61,667 bases of DNA, filler included, from Basidiobolus ranarum (GCA_040143965.1; 23 parts of 23 records of this genome joined end to end with filler, not necessarily neighbours in it), one strand, 5' to 3'; counted from the first letter of the whole stretch, positions 37,648-50,954 are shown. Notes: generated from the letters alone by a model not told the origin. Numbers and translations are program-made.

Positions 37648-39985
37648 ATATTCGTGTGAATCTCATGGAAACAAACAATTTAATTTCTTTAGATCATTCC
37701 ATTCCCATTCTGTAAGTAAGCCAAGTTGAACGAATATAAACACAAGTTAAAGTGACAGATAATTAAAATGGTAAAATCCATGATATATCCACAAAATATT
37801 CTTCTTAATTTTTGGGGAGAATCTGTGTGTACAGCTATATATCTGAAGAATAGGATTTTTACTTGTAGTCTGTCTAACTGTACATCATATTAAGCTTGGT
37901 TTGGAATTACATGTGATGTAAAATATTTGAGGATCCTTAAATGCATTGCTTATGTCACAGTTATGACCAAAAGTTGGTCTTAATTGGATCCAAAAAGTCT
38001 GAAATGTATATTTCTGGGTTATTGTACTCAAATTAAGGCCTACAGACTCTATGGATTAATTTTCTCCTGATTGAATCATTGAGGATGTTTCTAACCAATA
38101 TATGAAACAAATAGAATTCCTGTAGCCCCTTCAACCAAATTGCAGGCCACTGATGTGCTCAGTGCAAAGCAAAGTTGTAGAACCTTTGTCCCAGACCAAG
38201 ATATTAAATCAGATCAGAAATAACCCTGATTACTACCTCAATGAGTCCCAAAGCTGAGACAATTTTTGCAAAATTCAAGTACACTAACTCCAGACTGTAG
38301 ACAAGGCTCTGAATGGCCCTCACACAAAATTTTGGAGATCTGCATTGGTCAAACAGTACCAGGCTTTAACCAATAATCAAACTTGAATTTTAACAAACTT
38401 ACTTGATGATAGAAAAGCAACTGGCTGCCAATGCATGTTGAGAGTTAAATACAGCTCTGATGGCAATGTAGAAAGATACATGGATAGACTGATAGTCAAG
38501 GCTATTGTCAAGCACCAGGAGTAGACTATACAGAAACTTTTGATTTTGTAGAAAACCTCAATTCAATTGGCTTGATTTTTGCAATATCTGCTAAATATCA
38601 GTTCATTACATATGCATTGGATGTTGAAGCAGCTTTGATTAATGGTGAGGTTGCTCAGTATATCTACATGGATCAGCAACATGGATTGGTGGTCCCTGAA
38701 ACCCTAAAAAAGTTTACAGACTCTGGAAATTATTCTATGGCTGAGAGCAATCTCTGTGAGCTTTAAATAGCAATGAAGTGGCTTTTTTCAAAACATGCAA
38801 ATTCTAAAAGAGTAATGTTGACTATAGCACCAACTTCAGGCCAGATAGGATAAACTAAGTTTTTTGGCCTTATAAGGAGATGACCTTATTATAACAGCCA
38901 ATAACCTAAAGACTATGCAGAAAATCAAATCCTGCTTATATGCAAACTCAAAAGATCTTAGTGATTGGTAGTATTACATATATCATTGTTGCAATATGAC
39001 TAAACATTGCATATTCTGTGGGAGTTATGAACAAATGTCTTCAAAATTGTGAATCTGATCAAATCATAGCAGTTAAGTGAATTTTATGATAGTCAAAAGT
39101 TGCTTTGATCTGTGCTCAAATATGCATATTCTGGGTCAAACCTTATACTGATGGCACATTCAGATGCAATTTGGGGAAGAGGTATTGAAAACAAGAGAAC
39201 TGTAACAGGATGTTTATAACTGTTAAAGTATTTGGGAGCCTGTTAGAAGTGGTTTGGAGATTTACAGAAATTGGTGGTTTACATTTGGTGATTTAATGAG
39301 TGGAAAGTTGATATTTATAGTTCTGTCAAGATGTAAACAAACTAATGTGTAGAATGTGCTAGGGAATATCCCAGGAACATGTGTACAAAGTATGGGTCTT
39401 ATAGTGCAGGTTTGAATAATTGTGAAGTCTGAGAATTTCTAGGGTGGCAAGAATTCCTGAAGTGAATTCCAATTGAGAATAATGATTAATATCATTGTGA
39501 AGTATAAGATTGGGGCTTCTAGCACAAGTTTGAAAATCTATATATCTGAGAACTTCTAAGTTGGTAAAAATATTTTAAGTAAATTCCGATTGAGAATAAT
39601 TGATAATATCTTAGTGAATTATAAGATAACTAAATACTAAGCTATATATGACCATATAGGTGGTTAGGCAATGCTAATTTCAACAATTTCTTTGGCATAA
39701 TGGTGCTACATCTTGGAATTTAAAGCAACCACCCACTGTAGTAATTTCAACAACCAAAGCTCTATACATGGCTGGTTGTGAAGCAACAAAAGAAGCAATA
39801 TGGTTAAGAGTACTCCTACCAAATACGGGCTATTCTGAGAATTTGTTAACTTCAATATTTCAAGATAATCAAAGTTGTATCACATTGGCTAGATATTCCT
39901 TGTTTCATACTATAAGCAAACATATAAATAACAGACATCACTTGGTTAGAGAGTCTATAGAGAATAAGCTTATTAACTAACCTTA
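37648..39985 (+). mobile_element. Decayed copia integrase-RT-RNase H interrupted by an inverted family C LTR (39221-39685)
   Basis: FWGESVCTAIYLKNR, LDPKSLKCIFLGY, ALDVEAALING, HSDAIWG, EAIWLR..FQDNQSCI. Confidence 0.9.
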
Positions 39986-40330
39986 TTATTCTATAGAAGA
40001 CATGATTGTTAAAGTTAGCATTGCCTAAACATTGATATAATCATATATAGCTTAATATTTTGTTATGGTATAATTCACTATGATATCATCAGTTATTCTT
40101 AATGGGAATTTACTTGGAATATTTTCATCAGCCAAGACCTTCTCAGATATGTACATTTTTCAAACTTGTACTAGAAGGCCTGATGGGGAAAATATGGGCT
40201 GTGTGGAGGAACTTTAGAAAAGTGGAGTTGNNNNNNNNNNNNNNNNNNNNNNNNNNNNNNNNNNNNNNNNNNNNTTAATTAATTAANNNNNNNNNNNNNN
40301 NNNNNNNNNNNNNNNNNNNNNNNNNNNNNN

Positions 40331-42200
40331 GATATTTGACTAAATAATGTTGACTAACTAATATGTGATATATGAAATAGTTAGGTGTATAAAGATAGGG
40401 ATAACATATATGATAAAGACAATAAACTTCAACAAAAAATACTTTAACATGAGTTTTGGCTGTTTTTACACAGATTACCCTATAGCATTCTTACAGGATT
40501 CCTGCAATATTCTTTCTAGAAAATTTATTATCACCAAAGTAATTCCACCTCCAGAATCCTCTTCTTCGATACTGTGTGCCCCCAATGAGAAATGCAAGCA
40601 TAAGTACCAGAGAAAATTCGCAATTACTTCACTCAATCTAATGTTACTACCTCAATTCTATCATAATATGGTAGGAAAATCCATTTACAGCTCACTCCAT
40701 TTATCACATAGCCAGAATAAAATGTCTTATCAGTTAAAAATCTTTGAAAAATCTTCTCACAAATTTCACAATCACCATTGAGCATGCAGTAAATTTCTTT
40801 GGTTTTGTTTCTCATGTTTAGACAAAGCTCAGCTACTCTTTTATGGAACATTGTGCCACTTTATCAAGAGATATGTCTTCCTTGTTAAAATGTATTTGTA
40901 GCTTGTACAGAGTCCACCATTCAATCAGCATACTTCTGCTGAGGCTCTTTAGAAAAGAAGACACAATCAAACATCCATATGCCATTGGGGATTTAATTTG
41001 CACTGCAAGTACTCCTCATTTGCTGTGCTGGGTACATATTTCTCAAGTTTTGGCAAAAAAGCAGAACAGGCTTGTTCTGCATGCTGACTTATTTGGAAGT
41101 GAAATATGTTATAGTAGAGGGCTGGATTGAAGTGTTTGTTAAATTAGAGAAATGGATATGTTTACTAAATGAATTAGTGAGTTGATGGTTAACAACTATA
41201 CTCTTGTAGGGAGCAAACAAACTAGGGTGTGGAATATGGCTGGAAGGTTCCAGGAACATGCATGCAAAGCTTACTGCTTCAAGCTGAAGTTTGAAAAATT
41301 TATACATTGAAAAACTTCCAAATCTGCAAGAATATCATCTGCATATTCTAATTGAGAGTAGTGGGTAATATCCTAGTGAAATATAGGATGACTAAGTACT
41401 AGACTATATATGAATATATAGGTGTTTAGGCAATGCTAATTATCATACTCTCCCTCAACTAAATAGTCCTATGAACTAATCCTAAGGAAGGTTGGAATCT
41501 CTAAAATATCTGCCCAACTAATGTTTAGTCAACATATCAGCAATCATGTTTTTGGTACCATAATAAGTTCATTCAATAAAATTATTCTGTTTAGTTTCCC
41601 TAATAAAATAACGCCAAACAACTATATGGTTTCTTCCAGTATCAGAGGTGGAATTTAGAGCTAAGTTGATGCAACATTGACTGTCTTGAAAAATTGTAGT
41701 AAGTGAATTTTGAAGATAGCCTAAAGCTGTTAAGAGCTTTCTCACTGTATTGCTTGTTTTCTTGCTTCACAAGGAGCCATCTATACTACATCTGTTCTTG
41801 ACAGTGCAACATTGGGCTGTTTTTTCAAGTTCCAAGAAATAGCTCCATTACTGCAAAGAAATAAGTATCCTGCTATAGATCTCCTGCCTTCAAAATCTCC
41901 TACCCAATTGGCATCTGAGTAACCTATCATAATAAAGTTTGATCCAGAATACATGCTTTTTAGTCACAGATTAACAGCACCTTTAAAATATCTCAAAATC
42001 TGCTTAACTGCTATGATTTGATTTTTTCCTTAATTTTGAAGATGCTAGCATATAACTCCAACAGAATATGGAGTATTTGGCAATGTCCAGATCATGATAT
42101 GCATAATACTAGCAGCTATAGATTAATAAGGAAACATCTGTTTCTCATTTGAATCAACAAAGTCTGAGTTGAACTATTTGTTTAAGTTTATCATCTTTAT
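40331..42200 (-). mobile_element. Nested copia relics: RT/RNase H, PPT (41448-41461), family C LTR (~41107-41447), integrase region, partial family B LTR
   Basis: Minus strand GYSDANWVG, FQDSQCCI, MIADMLTK; DSGGGI integrase-like motif near 40550. Confidence 0.82.
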
Positions 42201-42250
42201 CATATCTTTTATCTCTAAGATTGAAGTTAGGATTGAGATATATGACTATG

Positions 42251-42912
42251 TAGTTGAGTAGGAGTGTTGAAGTTTATTGTGTTTATCATATTTGTTATCT
42301 GTATCTTTATACATCTAACTATTTCATATATCACATATGAGTTTGTTAACATCACTTAGTCAAATATCACTTGACTGAAAATTGTAACATATATTATATA
42401 TATATGTGAATAATGTGAGAATTAGTAATTCCATATTGAAAATTTCAAACTCATCCAAATTGCCCCAAAGATAGCTCATTTTACTCCCATAGATGTTCTG
42501 AATGCAATCCCTGTGTAAGTTTTCAGTATTTCTACCAAAATGTATAAATGCTTTATTTTGGACAATAAATAATTATCTCACAAAGCTATTCACAACTCCA
42601 CTTTTCTAAAGTTTCTCCAAACAGCCCATATTTTACCAATAGGTTATGAGCCCCATGTTCTAACCTTTACAGCATGACAGAAGCTACTACTACCACTTTT
42701 ATTAACTCAAGTGTTGAAAAGCTTGATGGAGAAAATTACAATTTCTGGAAGTTTAAGATGCAAATCATGCTGTAAGACAGGGAGCTTTGGGATGTAGTCT
42801 ATGGAGATGAAAAGGAACCTGCTTACCCTTTTTTATTGGAAGCTTACAAGAAAAGAGACAAGAAGGCCTTTAATGTCATTTATCAAAGTTTGAAAGATTC
42901 ACAACATGTGAA
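42251..42912 (+). mobile_element. PPT, family B LTR (42265-42641), PBS (42642-42653), gag start
   Basis: TAGTTGAGTAGGAG before TGTTGAAG; GGTTATGAGCCC after the LTR; VEKLDGENYNFWKFKMQ gag. Confidence 0.92.
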
Positions 42913-43012
42913 NNNNNNNNNNNNNNNNNNNNNNNNNNNNNNNNNNNNNNNNNNNNTTAATTAATTAANNNNNNNNNNNNNNNNNNNNNNNNNNNNNNNN
43001 NNNNNNNNNNNN

Positions 43013-43112
43013 TGGACTTGTCATGGACACCAGCATAGCCAGCAAACTGAGCACCAAGCACAGCTTGAGCTGAGAACAGGCAGAGAGTGATGGTAAAAAT
43101 TGATTTGGACAT
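43013..43112 (-). CDS. 5' end of secreted protein, left copy: MSKSIFTITLCLFSAQAVLGAQFAGYAGVHDKS (truncated by contig end)
   Basis: Signal-peptide pattern (basic N-region, hydrophobic core, V-L-G/A cleavage site); TATAA about 75 nt upstream; too short for the ORF track. Confidence 0.7.
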
Positions 43113-44885
43113 GGTATTTGAATGTACTGGGAATATCCGGATTCCGTTGGTGATGAATATTCCTTATGAGCTGATTACGGGTACTTATATCTTTTGACCG
43201 TGGTCCTCATTCTATACTGAAGTATCAAGCTTCAAACATTTTTAGCCTAATTTAGCAGTGATACCACTCTTATCATCATCGTGTATCCCGGTCAAATGTT
43301 CTTGAATTTGGTAATGTCGTCTATAAACAGCTTTTGTGTTTGTGCTATTCAAGTGCATTCACTTGGCCCTTTTTCTTGGTGTACTGTCAAGTTAACGTAT
43401 CTCATTTACTCCATCCTCTGGCTATCTTTGACTGCATTGACTATGCACCCAGCCCCTTGGTGCAACCGCCAATGATACCTTGAATCAATATATTTTCGCG
43501 CTCAATTCTTTCTATCGTTACACTAGAGTAATCGTTATCGACTAAGATGTTTAATACACAACATCATTTCCAAGACTGCTCAATTATATCTCAGTCTGTG
43601 GCTGTTGTTTCAATGATCCTGCCTGCGTCTGAATAACTGTAGGACAAGCTGAATTATGGATCCCTTCCAGCATCTTCAAAATGATCTCGTTGCCTATTTA
43701 GCAAACTCATAATGTTTTCCATCTGTGATTGAGCTGTTGACCATGAAATCCATCATGTTGATAGCTCCCTCACGGTCTATATTCATACGGTATTCCCGAA
43801 TCCTCCCGCGGTGAATTCTATAAGTTAGTTAAAATGTGAACATACATATTTACTTGCATAACCCTTCTTGTAAATGAGAACTAACAAACCATAGTCTTCA
43901 TTGTCCAGGCAATGCTCACGACACTACGTATTAGGAAATACAGGTAACGGTGTTTCTCACGGTAGATATACTTCACTTTCCTCCTAGTACATGGATCACA
44001 CAATTCAAGTAGGGGCCGGGTTGGTTAAATAGAATAGTAATTAACACAGGCTCGGCTCCTATAGTGTAAATATACTATTCAATAAATATACTTAAAATAT
44101 CTTTTATACTCCGATGTTGTCCATGCTATTGCCACTTTGGTTCCCATGCATATATTAATCATTGTTTGTCTGCTAGTTGGTTACATAGGTATACTCCAGG
44201 ATTCAAACGAAGGATCTCTTGGTGCTATCCTGAGTACTCTGTATTTATTCAATAGGGACTCCATTTTCATTGTTTCACTTTCATCTACCAAAGTCGAGTG
44301 TCAGTTATGAGACCAGTTGAGAAGTCGGGATCCTCTTTCTTTTGGGTTTGTACCTTTATTCCTTCAAAACGACAAGGCTGTCTAGAAATCATGGATATAG
44401 CTTAGACATAGATTACCAGAATAAGCTCGTGCTATTTCGAATGCCATGTAAAATAAAGGTTGAAATAGGCTAGAGAATGGAACACCTTTGATCATGAGTG
44501 ATCATATATATAGCTAAAACGATTTCATAGAATTACCGATCCAGTATTATCCTCAAATGAATCCATCAAATGCTGGGTTTGGGCATTTACGATTAGCGCT
44601 TAATTTACGGCTCAAAGGTGAGGCGTGCCATGGTACAGGTTCGTTAAGTCAACTTTAGTATCAAGGAGTTGTGCGAAGTTAATCCGATACGTTAAAGGCT
44701 ATATTTGACCCTTACCTTGGTTTTCTCTAAGCATATGATTACCAACTGACTACTTATTGTGTATGTGGGTGTTTACATTCCGATCGTTATCAGCTTCCCA
44801 TCGATCTTTGAATATCTTTAAGCCATCAGTAACTATTATCGATATAAATCCCCAGCTATGAAATTCCAGCCCTTTTTTACAGCAA

Positions 44886-45425
44886 ATGGTGTTTCACTTC
44901 ATGAGGAATTTATGGATATGGTGTGAACAAGACGACATGTCTAGATCATCAAATATAGCCCGCGAAGTATTGAATGGAATAACAAAACCAACTTTGAAAA
45001 TAACTGACCAGTATTTAGGATTAAAGTATATTGAATTCAGTTGGCCACTCAGGTGTTACGGAGATCTGAATAAAAAGAGGTACGCACCATCGTTCAACCC
45101 AAAATTGGTGTACTTCCTAATCGAGCAGCCGGAATGTGACACCAATGATCTTGGAATAGTGGAGTATTGGATCTTGCGTGATGTCTCTACTCTCTCCCCT
45201 GGCCATATTGAGATGAGTACCCGATTTTTCAGTAAGATAAGGGTGCGTTGGTTTTACAAGAACAGGTTCTACCCGAAAACGAGTACCAGAACCTTCATGA
45301 TGGATGGGCTATGGCTGTATCACATCTGTGACTTCTTGCTTGCGGCGACTGATAGAGCGGGCAGGGATGTCATGTTCGGATGGAAGTGGAAGGGAGATGG
45401 AGAGGGGAACCGCTTGAATGTATAA
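44886..45425 (+). CDS. Hypothetical 179-aa ORF between the divergent genes
   Basis: Long ATG-initiated ORF in AT-rich DNA with TATAAA about 40 nt upstream; no recognised motif. Confidence 0.3.
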   Translation: MVFHFMRNLWIWCEQDDMSRSSNIAREVLNGITKPTLKITDQYLGLKYIEFSWPLRCYGDLNKKRYAPSFNPKLVYFLIEQPECDTNDLGIVEYWILRDVSTLSPGHIEMSTRFFSKIRVRWFYKNRFYPKTSTRTFMMDGLWLYHICDFLLAATDRAGRDVMFGWKWKGDGEGNRLNV

Positions 45426-45494
45426 AATGGAGCGAGGTCAAAGGCAACACTCATTACCAACGGAATCCGGATATTCCCAGTACATTCAAATACC

Positions 45495-45594
45495 ATGTTC
45501 AAATCAATTTTTACCATCACTCTCTGCCTGTTCTCAGCTCAAGCTGTGCTTGGTGCTCAGTTTGCTGGCTATGCTGGTGTCCATGACAAGTCCG
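45495..45594 (+). CDS. 5' end of secreted protein, right copy: MFKSIFTITLCLFSAQAVLGAQFAGYAGVHDKS (truncated by contig end)
   Basis: TATAAAA at 45421; ACCATG start context; inverted near-identical copy of 43013-43112. Confidence 0.72.
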
Positions 45595-47504
45595 NNNNNN
45601 NNNNNNNNNNNNNNNNNNNNNNNNNNNNNNNNNNNNNNTTAATTAATTAANNNNNNNNNNNNNNNNNNNNNNNNNNNNNNNNNNNNNNNNNNNNTGATAA
45701 ATATACAATTCAAGTTGCGGATAATTGGATCCCTATAGAAATGACAAGTATATAGCGGTATTGAATGGTCGATGAGTGTTTGCTTTCTCGATTAGCGCAG
45801 AGCATTCCAATATGAGAGAACCTATTTATGTGTAGTATACTCAGAGTTTGGTTAGTTCACTTAGTATAGTGATATTACGACTGATGTAGGTTCTTTTTTA
45901 TTATTACTGAAGTTTAGTCTCGGATTTCTGTTTCTTACTTAGAATTCCAACTGTAGCGGAACAATGTTCACCGATAAGAGTGTAAACCAGGCACTTGGAA
46001 GCTTCTCTACGCCAATGGCGCCATCTTTTCCTTTTATATTCGTGCATAATTTAGTAGTCAATTATAAGAGAGATCCTCGCACTCGGATGACGTAAGAGTT
46101 CCTACTTTTCGGAACGATTTAATCCTGACTTGATGAATCGGAATTGTAACAACTCTTTACTGATCAAAAGGCCATCTACTCTTAACTAGAGGTAGCACAT
46201 AGTGAGTATATGAGATAGCATTCCTATTTCTGATTAAAACTTTTATAACTATAACCAGAACACTAAAAATATAGAATCAGTTGTGAGCTCAACATGTTTT
46301 TTGCACTAAAATCATGCTTTATTGGCTATATTTCTAAATGCTACGTTATAAATGATCCAAAATTTTAACGTTATGATTTTAATTTTGGCCATTATCGCTA
46401 GATGTTTAATATAAATCTTCATTGCTAGCGCCTTACTAGCACACATGAGGTCAACTTTGCCGTCATTCATTACGATCTATGCAATGTGGTTTCTATCAGA
46501 TTTACTGAAAGTATAAGGTGGAGAATTGCGCATGCCATTGAGTTCTGCTCTATTCCACGGCAATATATGCATATATGGCATTAAATAAATTCCGTGGCAT
46601 GTTCAACAAATGATGATGAGCCTTATCCTTGCCGAAGGGCGAGAATTCTTTGTGCCATAATATGGTTCATGTTTCAGAGTGATCGGATTCATATTTAAGG
46701 CCATCAATGTCCTAGATTCTGTGCCTAGGGCGTTTAATTTAGTTCCGAAGACTTATTTGAGTGCTAGTACAAAATTTTGGAATTACAAGTCAACGGTCAC
46801 TATATAGTGTTCACTTTCGGCCAGACCAAAAATTAATGTTGTCTATCACTTAATTGTTTGCCATACAGAAATCACATGTTGCTTCGCTTTTCATTGATTT
46901 CCAGGAATTCACGCTATCGATTATGAAATATCAGATTTCTAAATGGATTGATATTTTTGAACGTCCGAATATAGTAATGCTGGTTTAGGAAATTTATTCA
47001 TACCAATGCCAATGCTATAAAATAATCATAAAATTAGCTTCCTTGTACAACATGTGGGTTACAGTTGAGCATGGATGTCGTGATCTAACTAGGCTAATTA
47101 TGATTAACTTCCCTGTCAACCAAAAAAGAAAGATGAGCATCGTATCAAATTATGTAAGAGGTAACAAGGTTGGATGCCATCACAATTCTTAGCAGTGATC
47201 AGTAACTCGTAAATTGTATCTAATCAGTCAATTTATTTGTCCTATGTAGTCATTCTTCTCTTAACGATAGTTAGCGTGAGACAATTCATAAGAGAATCCA
47301 ATACTAGAGAAATTATAACCCATTAATATGTTATTTAAGTATTGCCTAATTCGTAAAGAATTAATGTGAGAAAAACTATTCAATCATTTATTTACTTCTC
47401 TCGAAATAACTGAAAACTTAAATATACACGAAATCGTATTGAAACAATATTCACAATTAATTACATCTGCTGTACAATGATACAGTATTTGAAATTTAGA
47501 GAAT

Positions 47505-48274
47505 TTATGCCCAATCACAGATGATTGATTGACCAAAAGTTCTGCATACAGTACCTGGTGCACAGGCTTGATGCACTAATTTACCATTAGAGCAGATAGT
47601 GAACTTGTTGGATTTACCGGGATCAGCACATTGGTAAGCACCATCTTGGCATGCAACTGGTGTAGGTTTAACATCAGAAGCAGGTACAGTCTTGGTGACG
47701 GTAACAGTCACAGGTGCGCATGGGTTAGTGGGTTTGTGAGTGTGAGCGTGAGTAGGCTTAATAGGCTTGTGGGTTATAGTGTGTTTGTGGATCTCAGTAG
47801 ATCTATCGGTTATGGTAGCAACGTGAGTCATGGTAGATTTGTCAGTGACGGTGACTTGAATGGTGACGGTAACCTTGTCACTAACGGAAGGCTTATGAGT
47901 AGTAGTAAGCTTGTTAATCACGGTAGACTGATCAGTTACAGTAGCAATGAGGGTAACAGTAGACTTGTCTGTGATGGTAACTTTAGTAGTTTCAGCGGGC
48001 TTGTGAGTCTTAGTAGAGTGGTGATGGTGGGTCTTGCTTGATTTGGCAGATTCAGTAGATTTGTCGCTTGAAGTAGACTTACGGGCCTCAGTAGATTTAT
48101 CGCTTACAGTGTGCTTAGCAGTCTCGGAAGATTTGTCATAGGTGGTAGACTTGTTGCTTACGGTTGACTTAACAATCTCACTAGATTTTTCAGTAGCGGT
48201 AGACTTATAAACCTCGCTAGATTTGTCAGTAGCAGTGGACTTATGAGCCTCAGTAGATTTGTCAGTAGCAGTAG
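47505..48274 (-). CDS. 3' part of a Ser/Thr/Lys-rich repeat protein with a C-terminal CBM19-type chitin-binding module
   Basis: Frame is open from the contig end; 12-aa repeats (TATDKSTEAHKS); ends CQDGAYQCADPGKSNKFTICSNGKLVHQACAPGTVC..IICDWA, TAA. Confidence 0.85.
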
Positions 48275-48374
48275 NNNNNNNNNNNNNNNNNNNNNNNNNN
48301 NNNNNNNNNNNNNNNNNNTTAATTAATTAANNNNNNNNNNNNNNNNNNNNNNNNNNNNNNNNNNNNNNNNNNNN

Positions 48375-49376
48375 TAAAATGTACACAATTATCAACTTGG
48401 GAACAAAAGAAAAGCAGCTAAAGAAGTACTCAAGGATCAGGAAGTTAGTAAACCCAAGGGAAAAGCAAAGGAGCCAGTGAGTTTAGGCTCTACTGTCCCA
48501 CTTACCAAAATCTTCACACCATTTCAAAGATCTGCATTTCCAGAGTCAGATATACTGGCAAAAAAGCTAAATTTCACCATAGAACTGGATACACCAGTTG
48601 GAAGAGGGCTAAATTTGGAAGTTTATAAAACACCTGGCATCTCTCAACCCGCTAATACATCAGCAAATAAAACCCACAGCTCTCCATCCTCAATTGGTAC
48701 TTTTCAAAATGTTGAAATAGGCCCAAAGGTAAAGGCAAGCAAAAAGCTGCATAAACACTGTAAAGCACCCTCAGTAGTGTCACACTACAAGGACATACAA
48801 TAATAGTCAAAGTGCTTAAGGAGTATTTTCAAAAGTATGAAGGAAAAGCACAGTGCAAGTATGCAGAAAATGGCTTCAGAAGAAGAACATTCAACTTGAC
48901 ATTCAGTCTAGTGTTGACCATGCAGATATATGTGAAGAACATAATACAGAGTGGCACCATATTGCAGGGTATCTGCCAGATAGCTGGAAGAATGTTGATT
49001 GAGCAACATTAATAAATGATCTGATTGAGGAAAGCAGGGAGCTTACATAAATACTGCAGGGTGAAACATAATATACTGTGGCAAGTTCAGTGTTTGGGTG
49101 TTGGAGACTACCAGGACCAATACAAAGAGGGATGACGTAAGGATAATCAGGTGACCTTCCATGGAAGGTGTTGGCAGAAATTTACTATACATGGGATGAT
49201 ATGATTGGTTGGGTTTCATGGAATGTTCAAAAGAATGTACCTTCCATATGAGGAAAGCTAGATATGCTAGCACAAGATGGCCCAGAAAGGATGCCATAGC
49301 AGATACAATATCATAATCTAATAATGGAGTAGTTCCATTTGCAATGGATAAATATGCCAAGATCTGAATCATGACA
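48375..49376. mobile_element. EnSpm ORF2 relic (+, 48375-~49010) and partial gypsy LTR (~49040-49376)
   Basis: Paralog of 36395-36960; LTR ends ATCATGACA as at 30598. Confidence 0.75.
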
Positions 49377-49398
49377 GTTGCTTTTGTTGAAATTGCCT

Positions 49399-50601
49399 TG
49401 TTAAAGTATTCAGGAGTCTGTTGGAAGTGGTTTGGGGAATTAGTGTAATTGGTGGTTTTCAATTGGTGTTTCTTTCAGTAGAAAGTTAACATGTATAGTT
49501 TTATCAAGATGAAAACAAACTAACATGTAGAATGTGTTAAGGATGGTCTCAGCAGTATGTGTGCCAAGTTTGGAGCTTCTAACAAAAGTTTGAAATATAT
49601 ATATATCTGAGAACTTCTGAGTTGGTAAAGCTATTCTAAGAAAATCCAATTCAGAATGATGGATAATATCTTAGTGAAAAATAAGATAATAAAGTACTAA
49701 GCTGTTTATGATTATATAAATGCTTAGGCAAAGCTAATTTCAACACTCTCCCTTAACTAAACAGTAAAATAAACTCATCCTAAGGAAGGTTTAAATTTCT
49801 CAAATTTATGTCTAGCTAATGGTATGGTTAATATATCAGCAATCATATCTTCTGTACAACAATAAGTTAAGTCAATAAGCACATTCTTGATAGTCTCTCT
49901 AATGTGGTGATGTCTAATTTCAATATGTTTGCTTCCAATATAGAGTGTGGATTTTTAGCTAATTTGATTCAAGTCAGATTATCCTGAAATGTTGCAGTTA
50001 GTGTATTTTGAGAATATCCTATACCAGTTAAGACTTTTCTCCACCATATTGCTTCTTTGGTTGCTTTACAGGCAGCCATGCATTCTGCTTCTGTTGCTGA
50101 AAGTGCTAGGATAGGTTGTTTCTTTGAATTCCAAGAAATAGCTCAATTACAGCAAAGAAATAAGTATCCTGTTGTAGAACTCCTGCCTACAATATCTCAT
50201 GCCCAATTTGCATCAGAACATCCCATCAGATCAAAGTTTGATCTTGAATATACGTATTTTAATCACAAATCCACAGTACCTTTCAAATATCTGAAAATCT
50301 GCTTAACTGCTATGATCAGATTAAATCAATAATTTTGAAAATATTGGCACATAACTCCCTAAGTTAATTCAATACCTGGCTATGGTCCAACCATGATGTA
50401 CATCAAACTACCAACCATATATTGATTAGGAGATTTTCTGATTTCTTTTGAATCCAGGAATATTGGATTCAAGCCATTTTTGGTCAAGTTAAGATTTGTC
50501 TCCATTGGGGTAGATGCTGCATTACATTCTTCCTTTTTAAACTTCTTCAGTATATGCAGGATATATTTAGACTGGTTTAAAGTTATTGTTTGAGTAGTTC
50601 T
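49399..50601 (-). mobile_element. Copia RT/RNase H, PPT (49746-49759), family C 3' LTR (49399-49745)
   Basis: Minus strand GCSDANWA, ISWNSKKQPILALSATEAECMA, MIADILTIPL. Confidence 0.9.
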
Positions 50602-50954
50602 TGTTAAAATTAGGTAAACAGCAACTCATTATTTATTAGTTAGTTTGTTTATATTTTGATTATTTAGCACCCAATTCTGCCATTCAAAAACATGTGTTTA
50701 TTTTTCTTAGCCTAACCCTAACCCTAATATCAATTAGATCACCTTTACCAATTTTCACTATTTTTTCAAAACTTCTCCAGGTCACTTCAAATTTTCACCC
50801 CTGCTTAACAGGCATATTTGTTACAATCTGAGCATGTCCAATAGTCCTATTTCATATTAAACTATAAATAGGACATTTTCAATTCAATAAAACTTTAGTG
50901 TCTAATTCACAAATCCAAATCATGTCCAAAACACTTCAAGGTCCCCTAAACACT
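50602..50954 (+). mobile_element. Family A LTR with internal (CCCTAA)n tract at 50711-50727
   Basis: Aligns with 33930-34272 except at the telomere-like tract. Confidence 0.88.

Noticed and set aside
48220-48274. Shared 12-mer ATTTGTCAGTAG between the CBM19 gene repeat and the satellite
   Set aside because: Periods differ (36 vs 84 bp), similarity does not extend, and the equivalent satellite frame has stops.
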